From IMG/VR virus record IMGVR_UViG_3300027874_000022, positions 1 through 39,434 of that record: a DNA stretch of 39,434 bases, one strand, 5' to 3'. Within the stretch, counting starts at the first letter, position 1; each line of letters opens with the position of its first letter. This DNA is from a virus (lineage: Duplodnaviria; Caudoviricetes). Shown piece by piece: positions 9,101 through 16,504 of this stretch. The notes below the pieces were generated by a model. The model ran no database searches. It was not told where the DNA came from and worked only from the letters and a program-made list of their open reading frames with translations. The position numbers were made by a program, and so were the translations under genes.

Positions 9101-9272
9101 TGGCGAAGGACATCTTCTTGATCACGAGGTCGCCGCGCATGCAGAGCTGCTCGAAGGTGCCCTCGTTGATATCGACGTGCTTCAATGCGCCGGGAGCCAC
9201 CTCGATCTCGCGCTCGTTCACGTCGTAGAAGACACGCTTGGAAGCCGAGGCATTGAGGATCGAGCAGATCAT
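6174..9272 (-). CDS. Multi-domain glycan-modifying enzyme: short N-terminal module + GT9-like (GT-B) glycosyltransferase + GT-A-like domain + class I SAM methyltransferase + sialyltransferase/Maf-like domain
   Basis: GIGDNI...ADLVFCNAGFAPVLAQAVGTAVICVYG (GT9); FLVVDSQSP...GWGRAF.KGL...YEYVAHIEGD (GT-A-like); NLGCG...LPWDDSSVNYVFAEHVVEH...HRVLVPGGVLRVTVP (Methyltransf_11-like); AIVIGGA...VND...GSSGLFA...GYKKVIGCGVPM (CstII/Maf-like fold, inferred). Confidence 0.8.
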   Translation of the reverse strand: MICSILNASASKRVFYDVNEREIEVAPGALKHVDINEGTFEQLCMRGDLVIKKMSFARSAAAEPPPPAPATGRQALSVRGHFGIGDNIHQRAVMRELLKTYDVWLHTCHFELYHDLIERGLKLVMRPTSLHAQAKTMQREHERFQAANFPLVPENAIQHNIGYPKVLVDQHGSILEAMFSCVGLKMPERPDFSLPIKPEWRDKIRGAIKQWNPNGKPLLVHRPIVVRNEWDGRSRNPDPKTYDELFRSIRDKYFVISLADLAQGREWIEGPQQEADIKLHKGELAFPEMAALFAEADLVFCNAGFAPVLAQAVGTAVICVYGGRESYRTTQRVGAHLAPTCPIDPITPCDCHSNSHRCDKRIDVPAALAKIKEFVGDRMQRNTLLFGTFYVDSPDRDNLTDLWEKLHVTLNDQDCDFLVVDSQSPIKKFKDWTLYDGKTRHHKMRFDFPDNIGHLSRRNVTQGRDGWGRAFCKGLEIACQLNYEYVAHIEGDSLLRLPVGPIVQQMKAEGIDCASTHVRGMRNVEVETQWIETGLMFFNTDYIARSDFIKRYDWPNRRVAPTPERYINMAILKQDLNAKQFRIMPWKALRADKNQISVQNIEKINADWITHQHDSAQQGVYRKFTEMALAQAPARTDVLQTVAATVSAGDLTKPAQPSRIVPNQDRPYRAETCRALPLVRKNLGCGNNKLSGWDNHDADVDITKRLPWDDSSVNYVFAEHVVEHVTHKQAIDFFKEAHRVLVPGGVLRVTVPSLEQIAKCSESDYYNFTLKWQNVGPTKRGAMHAIIFAHGHQMIWNAQLMRDVLYFSGFNDVRSYEPGKSDDPVLRNIEGHGKVIGDRYNKIESATVEARKDGGEEVAIVIGGAECWQQDLEEARKIIAGRRARFFYVNDQIKSFPELGVACTLHPDKLNGQDNWLGARRKAGLPEPLQIWAHRKHACVTHDTASMEWRGSSGLFACEVARREGYKKVIGCGVPMTPDGGHFERHKSWSSAHTFRDGWIQHKAEIATFFRSMSGWTAEQFGKPDTEWLGGT

Positions 9273-9276
9273 GGCA

Positions 9277-9684
9277 TTACTTTAGTGAGAGCAGCGCATA
9301 GGCCATCATGCCAGGACACTGACGTTGCTGACATGCGCCTTCGGCCATCCGCGCTAATGAAGAAGACGGCGCATTCGGATCAGCGGCTCTAGTCATCCGC
9401 TCGTGTATGGTTTCCAGGACCCGGAGATGGATTTGATGGCGCGCCTCGACCATATTGTCGAAGCCATCGGGGATGTCAGCTGGCAACCCAGCCAAAGACC
9501 GCTTAAGCTTGTACCATTCCCGCAGGTTGGTCTTGATATTATCGCGGCTAAGATCATCCGGTATTTCAAACTCAACAACCTTCAAATCAGGCCGCAGATG
9601 GCTGAACTGATCGGCGGCCATCTTCGACGGAAAAGATAGAACCGGAATTTGGTCTGCGACCACGAAATATGTTTTCATGTTCAC
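9277..9684 (-). CDS. Hypothetical protein
   Basis: Fills the operon gap; overlaps the upstream stop codon. Confidence 0.6.
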   Translation of the reverse strand: MNMKTYFVVADQIPVLSFPSKMAADQFSHLRPDLKVVEFEIPDDLSRDNIKTNLREWYKLKRSLAGLPADIPDGFDNMVEARHQIHLRVLETIHERMTRAADPNAPSSSLARMAEGACQQRQCPGMMAYALLSLK

Positions 9685-11366
9685 GGTTTCTTTCTAGCTG
9701 GTTGACCCGGTCCTGGCCGATAATCTTTTGGTTTTGACCCGACAAGAGCAAGGCCGCCGCCGGTCCCCTGATTCTTCCACTCAACGCCATTCGCCTTGTC
9801 GCGGTAGAGCCAGATGTTCGGTTTACCAAACGCTTTCACCGCTGCTTGTTTGTCTGGTGGCGGGACCACGTTGTTGTATTTCGCATTCTTGCTTGGCCAG
9901 ACAAACTTGGACAGATTGGCTTTCGTTGGCGGGATATATTTATTGAGATAGACATGCGTGTAGGCGTATCTGATCTTCTGGTTTGGTCCGGTGGCCTTCC
10001 ACGTTCCTTTTTCCTGCTCAAGGCTCGGCATCCCGAATTGACCGCCTTTCAGTGACATCGCAAACGTCTTTTCAGTTTTCCAGTGGCTACCCTTCTTCGG
10101 ATACACCGTAAACTGCGGCAGCACGCTGATCTCTGGCACCACCTTGTTGTTGATGACGAATGCCACCTTTGGGGGCACCTCGATGCCCGGCGGCGACAGT
10201 CCAATGTGGGCCGCTTGGACCCCGGCCAAGGTGTCAATGAACTCTATCAGAGTCTTGTTGTCCTGCTCACCGGACAGCACCATTCCTGATAGATCGAACG
10301 AAAGGAAGATGTGATTCCAACTATCTAACACGAAGCCGCCAGTCTTGAATGTCAGCGAGTTAACGATCTCCTGGTCAACGCTGGTGTTCTCCTCTGGCCA
10401 CGCACCAGTGAGCTGGAAGTTGATGCTGCCGTCGTAGAACAACGTGGATGGAATGGCTGGTGTGCCGTAGTTGACTTCGGGGAGCTTGTCGAAAACAACG
10501 ACCAAATCACCGTACGCGAAATATTTTGCCGTGCCGCCGGTATCCACCCTAATTGCCGGGTGATCCGGCACTCCCGGTGTCGGCGTCGGCTGCATGGTGT
10601 TGTTCAATGGCGAGGACCAGAAGTTGGTGAAGAACACCTCGCTATTGATGAGATGGCTTAAGCTGCAGACATCCCCTCGTAGGACCGAGGTTCGGCCGGG
10701 TAGGCTTAGCATGGCCTGAACCTGAAAGTATCCACTCCAGGTCCAGGTCATCGCCTTAGCAAATAGACCATAGTAATCGCTGGCTTCGTTCAGCGCGAAA
10801 TACGGCCCGAGCGGTCCCAGATTGACATCACAGAATTCGAGAATGCCGGTGTCGTCGAAGCCGTAGTATCTCACAGCCGGAATGATCGGAAAGATGTTGC
10901 GCCCAACCGGCATGTAGTAGAAGGCCGTGCCCGCGCCCGCCGCCGCGGTCCCGAAGATGATGACCCGAGCTTCCTTCCAGCCGTAACCCGGATCAACTGA
11001 CGGATAGGCTATGCAGCCATCGAACGGGAACCAGCCGTCCTTGCTCATGTCCTTGCCGCCGATATAGATTCCGCCGATATAGTCCGGGAAGGACGGCATG
11101 CCGAGTCCGCCCACCCACCAGAAAAATCCGAGATACCCCTCCCAGAACATATTGCAGTTGATGCCGATGCCGGTGCGTGGCTGAGCGCTCTGGCCGAATT
11201 GCATGATGGGGATGCGCTGGCGGACGTTCTTAGGGGCGACGTGCGGGTCGATTTGATCGGCACGCTTGCTTTGTGCTGTGCCAGCCTCCGATGGGATGTA
11301 GACCCAGGTCGAGATGGTCATGCTGGACACATCCTCGCCTACGCCGCTTGTGTATGTTCGTGTCAT
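9681..11366 (-). CDS. Putative tail/virion protein with LamG-like strands interrupted by an aromatic/Gly-rich insertion
   Basis: MTISTWVYIP and SWNHIFLSFDL are LamG-type motifs; position in the tail module. Confidence 0.55.
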   Translation of the reverse strand: MTRTYTSGVGEDVSSMTISTWVYIPSEAGTAQSKRADQIDPHVAPKNVRQRIPIMQFGQSAQPRTGIGINCNMFWEGYLGFFWWVGGLGMPSFPDYIGGIYIGGKDMSKDGWFPFDGCIAYPSVDPGYGWKEARVIIFGTAAAGAGTAFYYMPVGRNIFPIIPAVRYYGFDDTGILEFCDVNLGPLGPYFALNEASDYYGLFAKAMTWTWSGYFQVQAMLSLPGRTSVLRGDVCSLSHLINSEVFFTNFWSSPLNNTMQPTPTPGVPDHPAIRVDTGGTAKYFAYGDLVVVFDKLPEVNYGTPAIPSTLFYDGSINFQLTGAWPEENTSVDQEIVNSLTFKTGGFVLDSWNHIFLSFDLSGMVLSGEQDNKTLIEFIDTLAGVQAAHIGLSPPGIEVPPKVAFVINNKVVPEISVLPQFTVYPKKGSHWKTEKTFAMSLKGGQFGMPSLEQEKGTWKATGPNQKIRYAYTHVYLNKYIPPTKANLSKFVWPSKNAKYNNVVPPPDKQAAVKAFGKPNIWLYRDKANGVEWKNQGTGGGLALVGSKPKDYRPGPGQPARKKP

Positions 11367-12244
11367 TGCTCTTCCGGCGCATACTCGACGGCGATGACGT
11401 TTGATCCGACATTGACTATGTCCTGAAACGGATCAAGGCGGATGACATTTTTGAGCTCTACCGAATCCCTGGAGAGCTGCTCGAACAGCGGCTCCACGTC
11501 ATAGCGGTTCTCGTTGAGTACGAAGTTAATACGCTGGCCTTCGAGGCCGGATCGACCAATCGTGGAGTCAGCCCCAAACTTAACAATGAACTTATCCGTC
11601 ATCTCGACCACAAGAAAGAGATAGTCATCGTCGTCATGCTTTCCGTCCTGCAGGGCTGCCTTGTATGTCTGCCAGTCCACAAGCTTCGGGTTCTTGCCGT
11701 CAGCATCCGCCATTTTCATGCCATTGAGATCGTTGTTGACGATCTTCATGAAGGCGGTCACCCTGGTTTGCGACGGATCACCTTCGCTACCATCGAGCAG
11801 ATTGTCGTTGAAAACGAACTGAACGATCTGCCCCTCAAAGATGTCACCGCGCGGCAGCTGTATCTTCATCTTCTCGATGATCCAAAGGTTGATGTCGTTG
11901 TCGTTCATCGAGAGATCGCTGTTAGGATCACTTGGGACATCCGGGTCCTTGATCCTCCGCTTCTTAGTCTTGCGCTTTGCGTTGGCGTTCTCACCCTGCA
12001 TGTCAGCCTTGCTGGCATCGACACCATTCAGCTGATTGTTTGGATCATCGTTCCAGATAAACTTGTATCGGATGTCCTGCGCTTGCACACCCTCCAGCGT
12101 GCTTTGGAAGTGCACCGGCATCTCATCCGTCCTACGTACATCGACAAACAGATCGGTGACGATACCCTCCTCGTTGGTGTCGGGGTTGATCGCCGTCTTG
12201 TAGACGCGCTTGACGTGACCTTTTGGTGGAAGAGCCATTTTCAA
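11363..12244 (-). CDS. Acidic hypothetical virion protein with three internal repeats
   Basis: QAQDIRYKFIWND / EGQIVQFVFND / EGQRINFVLNE; coupled to both neighbours. Confidence 0.6.
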   Translation of the reverse strand: MKMALPPKGHVKRVYKTAINPDTNEEGIVTDLFVDVRRTDEMPVHFQSTLEGVQAQDIRYKFIWNDDPNNQLNGVDASKADMQGENANAKRKTKKRRIKDPDVPSDPNSDLSMNDNDINLWIIEKMKIQLPRGDIFEGQIVQFVFNDNLLDGSEGDPSQTRVTAFMKIVNNDLNGMKMADADGKNPKLVDWQTYKAALQDGKHDDDDYLFLVVEMTDKFIVKFGADSTIGRSGLEGQRINFVLNENRYDVEPLFEQLSRDSVELKNVIRLDPFQDIVNVGSNVIAVEYAPEEQ

Positions 12245-12558
12245 ATTGCCATGAAAGCGAGGATTGGAGCCGGGATTTGCTTACCCATTTGGACGGCGGT
12301 TGCATAGCCATCAGCGTGGCCAGCCACCGGGATCGAGCGCGAACTGATCGCGTAGACGGTGGCGTAGCCATCCGCGTTCCCGGTGATGGTGAGCGGTGCG
12401 CCAGCGACGGTGCGCCAGACTTCGAGGTTAATAGATGTGACACGAGCATTGCCGCCCGATGATTTGATCCAGACTTCGTTGGTAACCATAGTCACGCGAA
12501 CGCGACTGGGATTGATGACCCAGACTTCGTTGGAGACTATGGTGGTACGAACAGACAT
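12241..12558 (-). CDS. Small repeat-containing virion protein
   Basis: 3x (V/A)R(T/V)T....EVW and 2x G.ADGYAT repeats. Confidence 0.6.
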   Translation of the reverse strand: MSVRTTIVSNEVWVINPSRVRVTMVTNEVWIKSSGGNARVTSINLEVWRTVAGAPLTITGNADGYATVYAISSRSIPVAGHADGYATAVQMGKQIPAPILAFMAI

Positions 12559-12564
12559 GTTCTT

Positions 12565-13638
12565 CTACAGCAATAGTTTGACGCTAGGCTTGAGTGCGTT
12601 CACGTTGGCGAAGGCCCAAAGGGCACCAGTGTTCGGGTCTACAGGATAAACTCTCTGCTGGATGACGTAGTTGTTTGTGAGGATGAGGGTTGGCAGTGTA
12701 TCGACGGTCCCACCACTGGTGAGCTGCGCTGTGACCCAATGCGGCCCCGAATCGTCCATCCGGGCCATGTAGGTCATAGATACCGCGACGATTGTTAGCG
12801 GCTCTGGCGTCACTGGGGCGATACCGTACTGGTCCACATTGTTCACGCCGTTGGTTAACACGTAGCTCGTATCGCCGTCCTCGGCCGTGTCGGCCACCGC
12901 CTCGAAGTTATGGAGGCCAGTGTTGCGGCTCCAGGTGATCGCGATGTCGGCGTTCGGTCGCTGCTGGACCGCGTACACGTCTCCCTGCCATGTGTTCGGC
13001 TGCGCCCCCTGGTCATTGAAGACATAGAAGTCGTCACAGTAGTCATTGGTCGGCGTCGTGCCTTGAAGCTGGATACCGTTGGCGAAGAAATTGGCGGTGC
13101 CGTTCCGAGTGTTGAGGCCGGTCGCTACCCACGGCAGACTGGCACCGTTGATGTCGATGTGCCGCAGCTCCACTGATCCTGCCGTGTTGTGGACCACGAT
13201 CTTCACTTCGAGGTGCATCCACATGCCAGCGGTTGGGGCGAGCACCGGCGAGGTGGCCAACACCGTGCCGGTGGTTGCACCGTTGGTGACGACAAAGTCA
13301 CCACCGTTACGCAGATAAAGTCCCCCTTGGATTGCTGGACCGTTCTCGTCTCGCCAAGCGAAGCCAGCGATGGCTGTGGTGCCGCCGTTGACGTGCGCTT
13401 GCGACGAGAAGAGATTCAGGTTCACGTAGATGGTGGAGCTGGTGTTTGGAAATGGGACAGTGTTGAGCGTGGTGCCGAAGGAGCCGCCGTTGCCGAGCGC
13501 GCAGGCGCGGCCGGTGCCAAATCTGGTGCTGGTGGTCGTGAAGGGAGGAAGCGCATATGACGACCAGATCGCATTGTTCAACAGAAGATCGCTTCCAGCA
13601 TTGTAGAAGTCGAAACTGTCACCAATCATCCAAGCCAT
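12565..13638 (-). CDS. Putative tail fibre/receptor-binding protein, concanavalin/LamG-like (paralog B)
   Basis: MAW..GD.FDFY start; WMHLEVKI..HNTAGSVELR; DDFYVFND; paralog of the adjacent gene. Confidence 0.65.
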   Translation of the reverse strand: MAWMIGDSFDFYNAGSDLLLNNAIWSSYALPPFTTTSTRFGTGRACALGNGGSFGTTLNTVPFPNTSSTIYVNLNLFSSQAHVNGGTTAIAGFAWRDENGPAIQGGLYLRNGGDFVVTNGATTGTVLATSPVLAPTAGMWMHLEVKIVVHNTAGSVELRHIDINGASLPWVATGLNTRNGTANFFANGIQLQGTTPTNDYCDDFYVFNDQGAQPNTWQGDVYAVQQRPNADIAITWSRNTGLHNFEAVADTAEDGDTSYVLTNGVNNVDQYGIAPVTPEPLTIVAVSMTYMARMDDSGPHWVTAQLTSGGTVDTLPTLILTNNYVIQQRVYPVDPNTGALWAFANVNALKPSVKLLL

Positions 13639-13647
13639 GGTTGATTC

Positions 13648-14709
13648 TCAGGTGAGGAGCTTGATGCCGAGCAAGCATGCGTTGACAGCGCTCGGCGTCC
13701 AGGCCAGCCCCGTGTTCGGGTCCTGTGGGTATGCCGCCGAGACGTATGCGTAGGTGCTCGCGACATTCATAGTCGGCAAGTTGACCGTCGTGCCTCCGCT
13801 GGTGAGCTGAGCGTTCATGGTGTGCGGACCGGCGTCGTCCATTCTTGCCTCGTATCTTGGACAGACCGCAATGATCGTGTTCGGTGTCGGCGACAGCGGG
13901 GCCATCCCATAGGTGTCCGTGGCGTTCACCGTTAGGGTAGAAACGTAGGTCGAATCACCGTCATCCTGTGTGTCGTCCACCGCAAGGCAGTTGTTTGGTC
14001 CCGTGTTGCGCGCCCAGGAGATCGCGACATCCGAAGTCGGCAATTGTCGGACGGCATGCACGTCGCCCTGGAAGGTGTTCGGCTGCGCGCCTTGATCGTT
14101 GAAGACGTAGAAATCGTCCATGCCCTCGCCCGCAGCAGAATTCGATTCGACGTTGACCACGTTGGCGTAAAAATTAGCTGAACCGTTACGGGTGTTGAGG
14201 CCGGTTGCGCTCCAGCTTGCGGTGGTCGATCCATTGAGCCGCAGCTCAACGGTCCCCGCCGTGTTGTGGATAAATATCTTGACCTGAATATGCGCCCATT
14301 GACCTGAGAGTGGCATCAGCACTGTCGAGGTCGCCAGCACGCCGCTGGCGATGGCCCCGGTGGTGAGCACGAAATCCCCACCGTTGCGCAGGTAAAAACC
14401 ACACTGGATATTGGCGGTGGTGTCGCGCAAGGTGAAGCCTACAGTTTTTGTCGTACCGCCGTTGACATGGGCGTTGCCCCCCGAGATGATGTTGCAGTTC
14501 ACAAAGATCGTCTGGCTGTTCGTGAACTGTATCGTCGAAGCGTTCCCAGCCGTGACGCTGGTGTTCCCCAGTTGCAACCAGATACTGCCCGCAAACCGTG
14601 GGGACGATCCCGACAAAGTGCATTGCGAGACCGCCTGCCAGATCGACGGGTTGATGGTCAGGTTCGCTCCGGCGTAGAAGTCAAATCCGTCGCCGACTAG
14701 CCACGCCAT
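13648..14709 (-). CDS. Putative tail fibre/receptor-binding protein, concanavalin/LamG-like (paralog A)
   Basis: Start moved to ATG 14709 (MAWLVGDGFDFY, GGAG RBS), matching the paralog's N-terminus. Confidence 0.65.
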   Translation of the reverse strand: MAWLVGDGFDFYAGANLTINPSIWQAVSQCTLSGSSPRFAGSIWLQLGNTSVTAGNASTIQFTNSQTIFVNCNIISGGNAHVNGGTTKTVGFTLRDTTANIQCGFYLRNGGDFVLTTGAIASGVLATSTVLMPLSGQWAHIQVKIFIHNTAGTVELRLNGSTTASWSATGLNTRNGSANFYANVVNVESNSAAGEGMDDFYVFNDQGAQPNTFQGDVHAVRQLPTSDVAISWARNTGPNNCLAVDDTQDDGDSTYVSTLTVNATDTYGMAPLSPTPNTIIAVCPRYEARMDDAGPHTMNAQLTSGGTTVNLPTMNVASTYAYVSAAYPQDPNTGLAWTPSAVNACLLGIKLLT

Positions 14710-14710
14710 C

Positions 14711-15148
14711 TCAGTTCTCCGTGATGGTGGTGCCGGTGGTGAGGACGGGCGCAATAGTGTTGACGATGGTGATCGTAGGGGTGATTGGTCCCCGATACAT
14801 GAGCTTGCCGGTCCCACCTAAAGCGAAACCTAATCCAAACCATTGCAGAACTTGGCCAGCTCCGCCGGTTGGAGTCGGAAACGCCACCGGACCCGCGAGC
14901 ACACACGCGTTGCCGGTCACCACGAAACCGGAAGCGGTCCTGGCCACCGGAACGCGGGCGTAGCCGGTATATGTCGCCTCATTGGTGGTCTGGTCGCCGC
15001 CGATCCCAGGATCAGTCGTGTGCAGACTGAAATAGAGAAACGTCAGCGGCGAGACTGCAGCGTTGTCTGCGAGCTGTACTATGGGTGTGGCGTTGAAGAT
15101 GAGCTTCAACAAGTCATTATCGAATATCTGTGCTTTGCCGCCGACCAC
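14711..15148 (-). CDS. Conserved small tail/fibre-assembly protein
   Basis: LYFSLHTTDPG....NEATYTGYARV motif typical of phage fibre adaptor proteins; GGAGG RBS and GTG start. Confidence 0.7.
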   Translation of the reverse strand: MVGGKAQIFDNDLLKLIFNATPIVQLADNAAVSPLTFLYFSLHTTDPGIGGDQTTNEATYTGYARVPVARTASGFVVTGNACVLAGPVAFPTPTGGAGQVLQWFGLGFALGGTGKLMYRGPITPTITIVNTIAPVLTTGTTITEN

Positions 15149-15157
15149 GTCCGCCTC

Positions 15158-16267
15158 CTACATGTAATTCTGTCCGATGACACTGCCGTCGATGGTGGTG
15201 CCACCGTCGAACGAAGTGAGCGCATAGATATCGCGACCATTGACTGACACGATGGGTTGCGCGCCGCCCGGCCAACGGTAAGCGCCCGGCCAAGTCCAGG
15301 TGTAAGCCCCGGTGTTGCGTATCTCCAGCAGGAGCCTGCCGAGCTGTCCAGCCGGTGGCCAATTGGTGACGCTGTTCAAGGTCACGCCATTGGTCATCAC
15401 CACGCGCTGCACCGATCCCAGCGAGTAATCAAGATCGAGCGAGCCAAACACATTGATCCCGCCCTTGATTGGAATATCGGCGGTTAGCGAGTTCACCCAC
15501 GCGCCGCCCTTGTACGTAATTATCTCGCCAGGGAGTGGACCGATCACAGTGGCGTCGAAGTGTGGTGGCGAGTTCACCCACGCCGCCAAGTCAGCATCCC
15601 ACGTCAGCAGATGACCATTTGCAAGCGCAGGCGACTCCAGGATGATTACATCGCTCAAATCCTCAAGCTTAATCGAAGCTGCCGCAACTGAGGCAGCTAT
15701 CCATACAGTGCCATTGAATGTCAGCACCTCGCCCGCAGTTGGGGCCGGAGACGTGAGATGAACATCAGACAAATCACTAAGCTGTGCAGTTTCCCATTGG
15801 CAGATAAAATCGACTGTACCGACCTTGCGCAGGAAAGTCCCGTCAGCGCCACCAAGCGGCAGCGTGTTCGCCGCGTTGGTCAATAAGAGACCATAGAAGT
15901 CATGCCCGAGACCGTCGTTAGCGCCGGGGTCGAATGTCGCTGCGCTGGTGTGATTGAGCCGCACGATGTAGGTCGAGCCGCCATGAGTGAAAATGTCATT
16001 GGCGACATAGGCGTGATTTGGCAACCACTCGCCGACGAACTGTATTGACGCAACCGGCAGCGTGAACGGACCATATATCGTGTGATCCGTCAGCACGAAG
16101 GTGAGCTGATTGCCGATCACCAGGATGTTGGCGATGCCGACACCCTGCTGCGCCTTGGCCGCGATGTCCTGGATCGCTTGCCAGAAATTGTAATCGACAT
16201 CGACTGGATCGAGGTCTTCTGATTGACCAGGACCCCATGGGCCGGGAGTGCGGAATTTGTAAGCCAT
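15158..16267 (-). CDS. Tail fibre-like protein with a CBM5/12-like module and LSDLSDV...LTW..W repeats
   Basis: W.PNHAYVANDIFTHGGSTY; three L.DLSDV/G..LT(F/W/Y)...W repeats; TWP....WPGG..P C-terminal domain. Confidence 0.65.
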   Translation of the reverse strand: MAYKFRTPGPWGPGQSEDLDPVDVDYNFWQAIQDIAAKAQQGVGIANILVIGNQLTFVLTDHTIYGPFTLPVASIQFVGEWLPNHAYVANDIFTHGGSTYIVRLNHTSAATFDPGANDGLGHDFYGLLLTNAANTLPLGGADGTFLRKVGTVDFICQWETAQLSDLSDVHLTSPAPTAGEVLTFNGTVWIAASVAAASIKLEDLSDVIILESPALANGHLLTWDADLAAWVNSPPHFDATVIGPLPGEIITYKGGAWVNSLTADIPIKGGINVFGSLDLDYSLGSVQRVVMTNGVTLNSVTNWPPAGQLGRLLLEIRNTGAYTWTWPGAYRWPGGAQPIVSVNGRDIYALTSFDGGTTIDGSVIGQNYM

Positions 16268-16503
16268 TACTGCTGCTCCCTAGCCTCCACCGCCGCCTGC
16301 TCCATGTAGTGGGTGACGGTGATGTCCCAGTGCGCAGAGCCGGTCTGGATCGGCGGCAGCGGGCCAGCACCAGAACCGCCAAAGCCGGGCGTGATATAGA
16401 TCGGGGTATTGTTCGAGGTGTTCGGTTGCGTCAGATAAAGCTGAGCCGGAGCTGGTGTCGGCAGCTGATAAGCTCGGACTGCATCATCGAGACCGCGTGG
16501 CAT
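16267..16503 (-). CDS. Small tail-associated protein
   Basis: 78 aa, tightly packed between tail genes. Confidence 0.6.
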   Translation of the reverse strand: MPRGLDDAVRAYQLPTPAPAQLYLTQPNTSNNTPIYITPGFGGSGAGPLPPIQTGSAHWDITVTHYMEQAAVEAREQQ

Positions 16504-16504
16504 G

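Noticed and set aside
12565-14709. Paralog pair as a DGR template/variable repeat
   Set aside because: Both are full ORFs diverged throughout; no reverse transcriptase in the window and no near-identical repeat pair seen.
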